Assembly (NCBI GenBank): GCA_964534775.1
Contig: CAZHPE010000005.1
Location: 1-35,610 of the forward strand
DNA length: 35,610 bases
Origin: an uncultured candidatus Brocadiaceae bacterium
GTDB taxonomy: Bacteria; Planctomycetota; Brocadiia; SM23-32
Direction: 5' to 3'
Positions 1 through 8,260 of the stretch are shown here, in pieces (the stretch's first letter is position 1; each line of letters begins with the position of its first letter). The notes beneath the pieces are model-generated. The model saw nothing but the letters and a program-made list of their open reading frames with translations, did no database searches and had not been told where the DNA came from. Both the position numbers and the translations under genes were made by a program.

Positions 1-698
1 GCGAGACCGGCACGCTGAATCAGATGCTCTTCTCCGGCTATCTCGACGCGTTCTTCATGAGCCTGGAGGAGCGCGTATTCGGCATGCAGCCTGCCGTGCA
101 GTTCATGGAGCGGCTCCCATACCTGCCCGTGAGCGAGCTATTCTACGCCTCCTATTTCTCCTACTACATCATGATCGTGGGCATAGGCGCCGCCCTGTAC
201 TTCCGCGACAAGCGCCAGTTTTTTCACTACGTCTCCCTGGCCTCGTTCAGCTTCTACGCCTGCTTCTTCATCTACATTCTCCTCCCCGTCATCGGGCCGC
301 GCGTTTTCTTCGACTCGGAGTGCGCCATGAAGTTGGCGGGAGGGGTGCGGCCTGCGAACGCCATCTTGGCCTACCCCGCAGCGGTCCAGGCGGGCCTGTT
401 CTTCCGGATCATGAAGATCATCTACCGGCACTTCGAGGCCTCCGGCGCGGCGGTCCCCAGCAGCCACGTTGTGGTGGCCATCTGCACGTGCTATTTCTCG
501 CGCATCTACCTGCCGCGCATCCACCTCGCGCATTTCACGCTCGTCGTGCTGCTGTGCCTATCTACCATCTACTGCCGGTACCATTACGTGGTGGACATCA
601 TGGCCGGCGTTCTCGTCGTCGCTGCACTGATCCCGCTTGGGAACTGGCTATACCACAAGTTCCCGGGCTCGACTTCGTCCCGTGCCGGGCCGGCTTGA
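1..698 (+). CDS. PAP2-superfamily integral membrane phosphatase/phosphotransferase (PAP2_3-like), probably 5'-truncated by the window edge
   Basis: ORF 24..698, with the frame open back to base 3. At least 5 hydrophobic helices. 'PSSHVVVA' and 'RYHYVVDIMAG' fit the PAP2 C2 (PSGH) and C3 (SRx5Hx3D) motif pattern. Confidence 0.6.
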   Translation, partial: ETGTLNQMLFSGYLDAFFMSLEERVFGMQPAVQFMERLPYLPVSELFYASYFSYYIMIVGIGAALYFRDKRQFFHYVSLASFSFYACFFIYILLPVIGPRVFFDSECAMKLAGGVRPANAILAYPAAVQAGLFFRIMKIIYRHFEASGAAVPSSHVVVAICTCYFSRIYLPRIHLAHFTLVVLLCLSTIYCRYHYVVDIMAGVLVVAALIPLGNWLYHKFPGSTSSRAGPA

Positions 699-810
699 CA
701 GGTGCGCCGCGGTGCCCCTACCATACGCTAGGGCATCGCGCGCCTCAGCGCGAGCTTACCCCGCACCGGTTCCGTTGTTCTCTGCTCTCCACCTTCAGGG
801 TTTCGTTCCC

Positions 811-3039
811 ATGCATACATCACAATCCGATCCCATCACCGGCGACCTGACCGACGCGCAGCGCCGCGCCGTCTGCCACGGGGAAGGCCCGCTGCTGGTC
901 GTGGCCGGGGCCGGCACGGGGAAGACGCGCGTCATAACGCGTCGCATCGCGCACCTGGCGCACCAGGGCACATCCCCGGATCGCATCCTCGCGCTCACCT
1001 TCACCAACAAGGCCGCCAACGAGATGCGCCGCCGTGTGGAGGACATGGTCGGCCGGGAAGTGCTCGTGACCACCTTCCACACCTTCTGCGCCCGCCTGCT
1101 CCGCCGCGACGCCGCCCGGCTGGGGCGCGACTCCTCCTTCACCATCTACAACCGCTCCGACTCCACCCGCGTCGTGCGCCAGATTCTCAAGCAGATGAAC
1201 GTCGACGCGGAGACCTTCCGGCCGACCGCGATGCTGGACGGGATCAGCGCACACAAGGACCGCATGGAGTCCGCCGAGCAGTGCGCTGCCGAGGCGCTGG
1301 GCGTGGAGGAGAAGGCCCTCGCCGAGGTCTACCGGCTCTACGAGGCGCGGCTGCTGGACAACAACGCCCTGGACTTCGACGACCTGCTGGTGAAAACCAT
1401 CGAGCTGTTCAGCTCCCATCCGGAGGTGCTCCAGCGCTGGCAGAACCGCTGCGTCCACGTCCTGGTGGACGAGTATCAGGACACCAATCTGCCCCAGCAC
1501 CTCATCGCCCGCGCACTCCAGGGCAAGCACCGCAACATCACGGCCGTGGGCGACCCGGACCAGATGATCTATAGCTGGCGGGGGGCGCGGCTGGAGAACA
1601 TCATGGAGTTCGAGCAGGATTTCCCCGGCGCCAGCGTCGTAATGCTCGAACGCAACTACCGCTCCACGGGCCACATCCTGCACGCCGCCTCCCGCTGCAT
1701 CAGTTGCAACCGGCTCAGGCACGACAAGGCCCTCTATACCGAGACCGTCCTCGGCGAGCCGGTCCGGGTGATGGAGTTCGAGAACGCGCGCGAGGAGAGC
1801 GACAGGATAGCCGCGACGACTGCCGAACTGATTGAGGGCGGCACAAGCCCCCGCGAGATAGCGGTGCTCTATCGCACCAAGTACCTTTCGCTCGGGCCGG
1901 AGGACGCGTTCTCATCGCGCGCGCTGCCTTACCAGGTGGTGGACACCGTGGGGTTCTTCGACCGAAAGCAGGTCAAGGACCTCCTGGCCTACATGCAGCT
2001 CGTGGTCAACGCGCGGGACGACGAAGCATTCCGGCGCATCGTGAATGTCCCGGCGCGCGGCATCGGCCAAACCACTGTGGCCGCCCTGGGCGCCGCCGCA
2101 ATGGCCGGCGGCGAGCCCATGCTGAAGACCGCCCGCAGCGCCGCGGGCATCGCGGGTCTCGGCCCGCGGGCAAAGAAGTCGCTGGGTCGGTTCTGCGAGC
2201 TTTACGACCGCCTGGCGGGCCTGGCCGGCGGGAGCATCCACGCACTCCTCAAGGAGTTGCTACGGCAAACGGGCTACGTGGACTCGGTCCGGCCCGAGGA
2301 GCGCGCCGACGTCGCCGAAGTGATCGACTACTTCCTGGGCTACGCGAAGGACTATGACGAGCGCTCGGGCGGGAGCGGTCTCTTGGGGTTCGTCGAGCAG
2401 GCGGCGCTGGTCAGCGACCAGGACGGCTGGAACGCGACGGCGGGCACCGTCACGCTCATGACGCTGCACTCCGCCAAGGGGCTGGAGTTCGACGTGGTGT
2501 TTATCTGCGGGGTGGAGGAAGGCAGCCTGCCGCACCAGCGCGCGCTGAATGAGAACCCCTACCGGGACGAGAACTACGCCCTGGAGGAGGAGCGGCGGCT
2601 CCTTCACGTAGGGATGACGCGCGCCCGCCGGAAGCTCTACCTGACCTTCGCGCGCCGGCGCACGGTGCGGGGGCTGCAGCAGCAGTGCGGGCCGTCGCGC
2701 TTCCTGGACGAGTTGCCCGGCGATGGCGTCGAGCGGCACGCTTCGGCCGCGGTGCGTGACGTGGGCCGGGCCGCAGCGGGTTTCGCCACGGAAGCCGCCC
2801 GCCTCGTCCGGGTGAAGAAGACCCCGCTACGCGCCGTCGACAGCGAAGAGGGCGGACAGCTTGCCGTGGGCGCCGAGGTAGCGCATAAGACCTACGGTGA
2901 GGGGAAGATCGTGGGGATCGAGTCGGCGGGCAAGCACCACCTGTTGCGGGTGAAGTTCCCGGAGCACGGCGTCCTGTCATTGCTGCTCACGGCCGATCAG
3001 ATGCCGTCGAAGACGGGTGGGGGTGACTTTGGCGCGTAA
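811..3039 (+). CDS. uvrD: ATP-dependent DNA helicase, SF1A UvrD/PcrA/Rep family
   Basis: ORF 637..3039; the first sensible start is ATG 811 (MHTSQSDP). SF1A motifs are present: 'AGAGTGKT' (Walker A), 'VLVDEYQDTN', 'LERNYRS', 'TLHSAKGLEFD' and 'LHVGMTRAR'. The C-terminal 'HKTYGEGKIVG...LLRVKF' resembles the UvrD/PcrA Tudor-like tail. Confidence 0.93.
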   Translation: MHTSQSDPITGDLTDAQRRAVCHGEGPLLVVAGAGTGKTRVITRRIAHLAHQGTSPDRILALTFTNKAANEMRRRVEDMVGREVLVTTFHTFCARLLRRDAARLGRDSSFTIYNRSDSTRVVRQILKQMNVDAETFRPTAMLDGISAHKDRMESAEQCAAEALGVEEKALAEVYRLYEARLLDNNALDFDDLLVKTIELFSSHPEVLQRWQNRCVHVLVDEYQDTNLPQHLIARALQGKHRNITAVGDPDQMIYSWRGARLENIMEFEQDFPGASVVMLERNYRSTGHILHAASRCISCNRLRHDKALYTETVLGEPVRVMEFENAREESDRIAATTAELIEGGTSPREIAVLYRTKYLSLGPEDAFSSRALPYQVVDTVGFFDRKQVKDLLAYMQLVVNARDDEAFRRIVNVPARGIGQTTVAALGAAAMAGGEPMLKTARSAAGIAGLGPRAKKSLGRFCELYDRLAGLAGGSIHALLKELLRQTGYVDSVRPEERADVAEVIDYFLGYAKDYDERSGGSGLLGFVEQAALVSDQDGWNATAGTVTLMTLHSAKGLEFDVVFICGVEEGSLPHQRALNENPYRDENYALEEERRLLHVGMTRARRKLYLTFARRRTVRGLQQQCGPSRFLDELPGDGVERHASAAVRDVGRAAAGFATEAARLVRVKKTPLRAVDSEEGGQLAVGAEVAHKTYGEGKIVGIESAGKHHLLRVKFPEHGVLSLLLTADQMPSKTGGGDFGA

Positions 3040-3631
3040 AGAGGGCCAGCGCTATGTGGGCCGTGGCGGCGATAAGCTCAAGGCGGCCATAGACGAGTTT
3101 GGATTGGCGCTCCGAGGCGTCATGGCAGCGGACTTCGGCTGCAACGTCGGCGGCTTCACCGACTGCCTGCTTCAGGAAGGCGCCGCGCGGGTCTATGCCG
3201 TGGATGCCGGCTACGGCGCCCTGGAATGGAAACTCAGAACGGACGAGCGCGTAATCGTCATGGAGCGCACCAACGCGATGCACGTTCAGTTGCCCGAGCC
3301 CGCGGAGGTCATCGCCGTGGACGTGGCCTGGACGCGTCAGCACCATATCCTGCCCAGCGCCCTGCGGCAGCTCACCCCCTCCGGCCTCGTGCTGTCGCTC
3401 TTCAAGCCCCAGTACGAGGCGGACCCTTCGCAGGTGCGGCGCGGCATAGTGATGTCCGAAGAGTTCCAGCCGGTCTTGGAGGCCACGCTGGCCGGCTTGG
3501 CGGCGCAGGGCATCCCCGTCCGCCAAGTGGTGCAGCTCCCCCGGACGGAACGCTCGAAGAACCCGGAGGCGTTCCTGCACATCGTCGGCGCGGACTGTCA
3601 TGCCAGCGCGCCGGGTGGAGGACCCGGTTAG
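3017..3631 (+). CDS. tlyA: TlyA-like (FtsJ-fold) rRNA 2'-O-methyltransferase without an N-terminal S4 domain
   Basis: 'YVGRGGDKL', 'AADFGCNVGGFTDCLLQEGAARVYAVDAGYG' (SAM-binding loop), 'ERTNA' and 'LFKPQYE' match the TlyA core. GTG start at 3017 overlaps the helicase stop by 23 nt. At 204 aa there is no room for the ~60-aa S4 domain. Confidence 0.8.
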   Translation: MGVTLARKEGQRYVGRGGDKLKAAIDEFGLALRGVMAADFGCNVGGFTDCLLQEGAARVYAVDAGYGALEWKLRTDERVIVMERTNAMHVQLPEPAEVIAVDVAWTRQHHILPSALRQLTPSGLVLSLFKPQYEADPSQVRRGIVMSEEFQPVLEATLAGLAAQGIPVRQVVQLPRTERSKNPEAFLHIVGADCHASAPGGGPG

Positions 3632-4704
3632 TGGAGCAGCAGGGGACCATTCGCGAGCTTCCCTTCACGGGCAGCCACTTCGAGCGTGGCCTTCAGCGCG
3701 GCGAGTTGCTGCGCGAGAGCTTCGTTGCGCCGCCCGTGCCCGGCGTGACGGCGGAGTTCGTCCAGGCCTGCTTCGACCTGACGGCCCGCGTCTACCCGCC
3801 GGTCATCGAGGAGTTCGAGGGCATCGTGCGCGGAGGCGGGTTCGGGCGCGATGCGATGATGGCCTACTACTTCGGGCGGCTCGAATCGCAGCTCGGCGGC
3901 TGCACGATGGTGGCGGTCGCTCAGCAGCGCCGCAGCTCAGGCCTTGGTCCGCTCGTGGGGCGCAACTACGACTGGGCGATCAGCGACCTGCGGTGGTGCG
4001 CGCTGCACCGGCTGGAACCGCCGGACGCGCCGCGCCGGATCGGCTACACCCATCACTGGGCGGGCTACCCCGACTGCCTCAACGAGCGCGGCCTCTACGT
4101 GGCCATCGCCTCGCTCCCGCCCGTACCCGTGCGGGCGCCGGGGATTCAGTGGAGCGTGCTGGTGGACATGATTTCCGAGACGTGCGTGAGCGCCGACGAA
4201 GGGGCCGAACTGTGCGCGCGGGTCCGACACCTGCGCTCCATCTCCTACCTGCTCGCCGACGGCGATGGCGGGATGTGCGCGGTCGAGGCCACCCCGGAGG
4301 AGGTGCGCTGCCGGATGCCCCGCGAGGGCGTCTTGGTGGTGACCAACGCGCCGCAGAGAGGGCGGTTGGCTGGGAAGTGGGAACCCGAACCGCCCGGCGG
4401 AGTTCCCCATCCGGACATCGAACTGGATTCGCCCGGGCGTCACGCCAGGGGCATCGCACGCTCCGACCGCCGGCAGCGGCGCGCGGAAGAGCTGCTCGAC
4501 GCCGCCGGGGACGGCATCTCGCGGGAGGGTCTGGCCGCGCTGCTCGCGGACCACGCGGCGCCGACTTGCATCTGCCCCGAGAGCCGCCCGGACGGGGGGC
4601 GGTGGGGCACGATCTGGTCGGGCCTGTGCGAGCCGGCTGCGGGCGAGTTCCTCATCGCGCCCGGCCCGCCCTGCTCCCACCCGTACGAGCGATTCAGCCT
4701 GTAG
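3631..4704 (+). CDS. Peptidase C45 / acyl-CoA:6-aminopenicillanic-acid acyltransferase-like Ntn hydrolase
   Basis: In ORF 3226..4704 only the part from GTG 3631 is protein-like. 'LGGCTMVAV' is a Gly-Cys autoprocessing/nucleophile context, followed by 'GRNYDW'. The start overlaps the tlyA stop by 1 nt (TAGTG). Confidence 0.65.
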   Translation: MEQQGTIRELPFTGSHFERGLQRGELLRESFVAPPVPGVTAEFVQACFDLTARVYPPVIEEFEGIVRGGGFGRDAMMAYYFGRLESQLGGCTMVAVAQQRRSSGLGPLVGRNYDWAISDLRWCALHRLEPPDAPRRIGYTHHWAGYPDCLNERGLYVAIASLPPVPVRAPGIQWSVLVDMISETCVSADEGAELCARVRHLRSISYLLADGDGGMCAVEATPEEVRCRMPREGVLVVTNAPQRGRLAGKWEPEPPGGVPHPDIELDSPGRHARGIARSDRRQRRAEELLDAAGDGISREGLAALLADHAAPTCICPESRPDGGRWGTIWSGLCEPAAGEFLIAPGPPCSHPYERFSL

Positions 4705-4775
4705 ATATAATCAGCGGCCCAGGGCAACGAACCCCGGACGCTGACGGTTTCTGAAAGAGGGTGGCCAAAGAGGGC

Positions 4776-5438
4776 ATGGACGAGCTCCGTATTGTCGAGG
4801 TTTTCGACAGCATTCAGGGCGAAGGCACCCGGGCTGGGCTGCCGTGCGCGTTCGTGCGGCTGGCCGGCTGCAACCTCCACTGCCGCTACTGCGATACGCG
4901 CTACGCGTGCGAGGAACCCGGCGAGCCGGCTTCCGTCGCGGAGATGGCGGAGCGGGCGGGGGAGCTCGGCCGCCGCTTGGTCTGCTTGACCGGGGGCGAG
5001 CCGCTGCTCCAGGCGGCCGCTGTGGAGCTGGCGCGCCGGCTCATCGACCGGGGCCACACGGTGCTGATGGAGACCAACGGAACGCTCGACATCACCCCCC
5101 TGCCGCCCGAAGCGGTGCGTATCATGGACGTGAAGTGCCCCGCGAGCGGCGAGTGCGGCAAGACGCTGCCCGGCAACCTTGACGCGCTCAACGCGCGCGA
5201 CGAGGTGAAGTTCGTCCTCTGCGACCGGGGCGACTTCGATTGGGCCGCCGAGTTCACGCGCTCGCGCCGCCTCATCGACCGCTGCGCCGTGCTGATGGCG
5301 CCGGCGGAGGGGCGCGTGTCCGGCAGCGAGCTGTGTGGGGGCGAGCTGGCCGCATGGATCCTGGACTCCGGCCTCGAGGTGCGGCTGCAGCTTCAATTGC
5401 ACCGCATCCTGTGGCCGGATCGCACGCGAGGCGTGTAG
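4776..5438 (+). CDS. queE: 7-carboxy-7-deazaguanine synthase (radical SAM)
   Basis: 'VEVFDSIQGEG' followed by the radical-SAM cluster 'GCNLHCRYCDT' (Cx3Cx2C); about 220 aa. An alternative GTG start lies at 4761. Confidence 0.88.
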   Translation: MDELRIVEVFDSIQGEGTRAGLPCAFVRLAGCNLHCRYCDTRYACEEPGEPASVAEMAERAGELGRRLVCLTGGEPLLQAAAVELARRLIDRGHTVLMETNGTLDITPLPPEAVRIMDVKCPASGECGKTLPGNLDALNARDEVKFVLCDRGDFDWAAEFTRSRRLIDRCAVLMAPAEGRVSGSELCGGELAAWILDSGLEVRLQLQLHRILWPDRTRGV

Positions 5439-5527
5439 CGACGGCCCCTTGCGGGCGCCGGCCCGGAGTGGCAATCTCTGTCGGACGGACGAAGCGTAAG
5501 GGGCGAACTGCCGGGGAGATTCGCGCA

Positions 5528-6649
5528 GTGCGCATTGTCTACGGCATCCAGAGCACGGGCAAGGGCCACCTGTCGCGCTTCCTGGGCCTGAAGCTTTTCT
5601 TCGACCGCGACGGCCACGAGCTGCTCGTGATCGCCAGCGGCTACGAGGACCCGCCGGACTACTTTCTGGAGGCCGTGCGGGATTGCGAATACGTCCGGTT
5701 CCGCGGCGTCTCCTACGTGGGCGACGGTTCCGGTGGCATCTCGTGGGCTGCAACCGGATCGCAGTTTCTCCTCTGCATCCCGGGGCTGCTGGACAGCTTT
5801 CAGGACGCCAGCGGCATCATACGGCAGTTCGATCCCGGCGTGATCGTGAGCGATTTCGACCCCATCACGGCGTCCAGTTTCGTAGCGCCGGGCTTCGTCA
5901 AGGAGGCCTGAGCCACCAGAGCATCCTTCTAAGCCCGGGGGCCTACCATCCGCCCGGCTACGAGGGGGAGAAGTTCGTCACCGACTGCGTGGTGGAGACC
6001 TTCACGGAGGGCCTGGATCACGACATGGGCTGCCACTTCTATCCTGCCGGCGAAAGCGGCCTTCCCCCGATCATCCGCGAGCCCATCCGGGACGCGAAGG
6101 TGGAGCATCGCGGGCATATCCTCGTATACCACACGCTGCCCGGACTGCTCGAACAGATCGATCGCTACACGGCCGCCCACGCCGACCGCCGGTTCATCGT
6201 CTACGGCTACCCGCAGCGCGAGGACGCGCAGAACATGCACTTCGAAGGCGACCGAAGTCGGTTCGCCGCCGATCTGGCCGCGGCCGATCTGGCCGCGGCC
6301 GACGCCTACGTCGGCACAGCCGGCTTCCAGTCCATCAGCGAGGCATTCCACATAGGAAAGAAAATCGCCGCGCATCCGATCAAAGGGCAGTACGAGCAGA
6401 TATGGAACGCGGTCCAGCTCGAGCACCACGGCATGGGATGCTGGTATGGCGAGCCCTATGACCTGGCGGAGGATGCCGGTCGCTCCCGCGGCCCCGCGTT
6501 CGCTGGAAGAGGCGCTGGAGTAGCCGCTCGACGAGGCGCTCCACCGCCGCCGCCTTCCCTGGTTCCGCGACGGGGCCCGCACCTGCTACGAGCGGATCAT
6601 TGGTCTGGCCGACGAACGAGGGCTCGCGGGCGACTCGACGGACTGGTGA
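5528..6649 (+). pseudogene. GT-B glycosyltransferase (MJ1255/TIGR00661-like) disrupted by at least two frameshifts and an in-frame TAG
   Basis: The N-half in frame 2 ('RIVYGIQSTGKGHLSR...') ends at TGA 5909-5911. The C-half continues in frame 1 from about 5905 ('GLSHQS...GTAGFQSISEAFHIGKKIAAHPIKGQYEQIWNA...GMGCW'). After about 6470 frame 1 becomes Arg/Pro/Gly junk while frame 2 looks protein-like ('RSLEEALE*PLDEALHRRRLPWFRDGARTCYERIIGLADERG'). Confidence 0.6.
6271..6300 (+). repeat. Perfect 15-bp tandem duplication (GATCTGGCCGCGGCC x2) inside the glycosyltransferase pseudogene
   Basis: Read directly from the sequence. It encodes 'DLAAA DLAAA' in frame. Confidence 0.9.
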
Positions 6650-6742
6650 GCGTTCACTGCCATCGGCTTTGCACTTAGGGTCGCGGCAAAAGTCACAGAG
6701 AGAGTCTTCCGTGCTGGGTACTGAACCCTGACCCCTGTAGTG

Positions 6743-8077
6743 TCAGCCCGCCGCGTCCGCTTCCTCGGCCGGGAAGAGCTTGCGCAGGTCCTCGCCCTCG
6801 CCCTCCCCGAACGGCCCCACCACGGCCATGTTGGCAGAGGCATGTTCGAGCACCTCGCCCATCACCTCGCCCACGCGCCCGCAGGTGAGCGCTTCCTGGC
6901 GGGCGACGTACTCCTGCGGCGTAATGAGTCTCTCCGGACGCAGCAGGAACTCCTGCCGTCCGAACCAGTGGGCCAGCCGGTGCGAATCGTCGCACATGAT
7001 CTCCGCGCCGCAGCGGACGGTCTCCTTGTGGCGCTCCAGTTCCGCCTCCGTTATGCCGCCCTCGCGCACGGCCTCCACCGTTTCGAGGGTCGCCGCGACT
7101 GCCGCGGCGAGGTTCGCAGCGTCCACGCTCAACGTTGTGACGACCGCCCCCGCGTCGGAGTAGCCCTCGGTGAAACTCATGATGTGATAGACCAGCCCCA
7201 GGTCCTCGCGCACCCGGGTGAAGAGGCGCGAGCTGAGCCCGCCGCCGAGGATGTGCGTCCCCGCCCGGACGACGTGGTAGCGCTCATCGCCCTGCCCCCA
7301 GGCGTAGTGGAACAGTTCCGCGTCTACGATGGGTTGGCTCTGAGTTCTGCGGTGGATGCAGCGTGCACGCCTGCGCGCGAGCGGCGGCGGCACTAGTGCG
7401 GGGAGAGAAGATGCGGGCTTCTCGCCGGCGGCGCGCATCACACCCAGCGAGCCGGCCAGCTCGTCGAACACCTCATCGAAGTCGAACGCGCCGGCAACCG
7501 AAATGACCATGTTGTCGGGCCGCATGTAGCGCTCATACTGGGCCTGCACCATGTTCCGGTCGAACGATTGCAGCGTCGCCAGGTCGCCCCGAGTGCCCAG
7601 CTCGTCCAGCTCATCCTTGAAGAGGAGGGTGTAGGCGAGCTCGGCGACGCAGATGTTGCGCTGGTGCTCGTCGCGGTACTCGCCCAGCTCCTGCGCCACT
7701 ATGCGCTTCTCATTCTCGATCTCGGACTCCTCGAACAGGGGGTGGCGCAGCACGTCGATGAGTATCTCCAGCCCGCGGCGCCAGTGTTTGCGATGCACCC
7801 CAAGTTCAATCTGGAGCGTCTCCGGGCCTGTGCTGGGGTCCAGCGCACCGCCTATGTCCTCGACGGCGCGCATGAGTTCGTTGGAATCCGGGAACTTCTT
7901 CGAGCCCTGCGCAAGCATGTGCTCGAGGAAATGGGTAAGCCCGGCCTCGTCCTGCCGCTCGAAACGCGGGCCGGCATGGATCCGCACGTCGCAAACGAAG
8001 GAGTGCACTTCCGGGTTCTCCACGCCCAGGACTACCAGGCCGCAATCCGCCACACGCCGTTTGCATTCACCCAACAT
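6743..8077 (-). CDS. M16 (pitrilysin/insulinase) family zinc peptidase
   Basis: ORF 6743..8686(-); the sensible start is ATG at 8077 (MLGECK). Inverted zinc motif 'HFLEHM' (HxxEH), followed by 'EIENEKRIVAQE'. About 445 aa with a two-domain M16 layout. Confidence 0.82.
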   Translation of the reverse strand: MLGECKRRVADCGLVVLGVENPEVHSFVCDVRIHAGPRFERQDEAGLTHFLEHMLAQGSKKFPDSNELMRAVEDIGGALDPSTGPETLQIELGVHRKHWRRGLEILIDVLRHPLFEESEIENEKRIVAQELGEYRDEHQRNICVAELAYTLLFKDELDELGTRGDLATLQSFDRNMVQAQYERYMRPDNMVISVAGAFDFDEVFDELAGSLGVMRAAGEKPASSLPALVPPPLARRRARCIHRRTQSQPIVDAELFHYAWGQGDERYHVVRAGTHILGGGLSSRLFTRVREDLGLVYHIMSFTEGYSDAGAVVTTLSVDAANLAAAVAATLETVEAVREGGITEAELERHKETVRCGAEIMCDDSHRLAHWFGRQEFLLRPERLITPQEYVARQEALTCGRVGEVMGEVLEHASANMAVVGPFGEGEGEDLRKLFPAEEADAAG

Positions 8078-8260
8078 GCCGTGCCTTCGCACAAGGAAGA
8101 GCGACCGGGAACGCCGCAATTCAGGCGCAGGACGCGCGCGGCCCGCTTTTGCCGGTCTGGCAGGAATGCTATAGAATGCCGGGCGGCAGGTCAAGTTCCG
8201 CACCCTTTCGCTGCAGTATGCCCGCCGCAAGGAGCAACCTGCCGCAGGCATGCTCCACGC

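Noticed and set aside
3226-3630. N-terminal 135 codons of ORF 3226..4704.
   Set aside because: This stretch overlaps the well-supported tlyA-like frame and reads as Arg/Gly/Ala junk. The C45-like sequence begins at GTG 3631.
4440-5753. Long antisense or alternate-frame ORFs across the window (for example 820..1722-, 4440..5753-, 10830..12122-, 17415..18410+, 19207..20913+, 24019..25188+, 26166..27854+, 34236..35363+).
   Set aside because: Each lies entirely over a gene with clear family motifs on the other strand or frame. Their translations are Arg/Ala/Gly/Pro-rich, as expected for stop-poor off-frames in high-GC DNA. None carries a recognisable motif.
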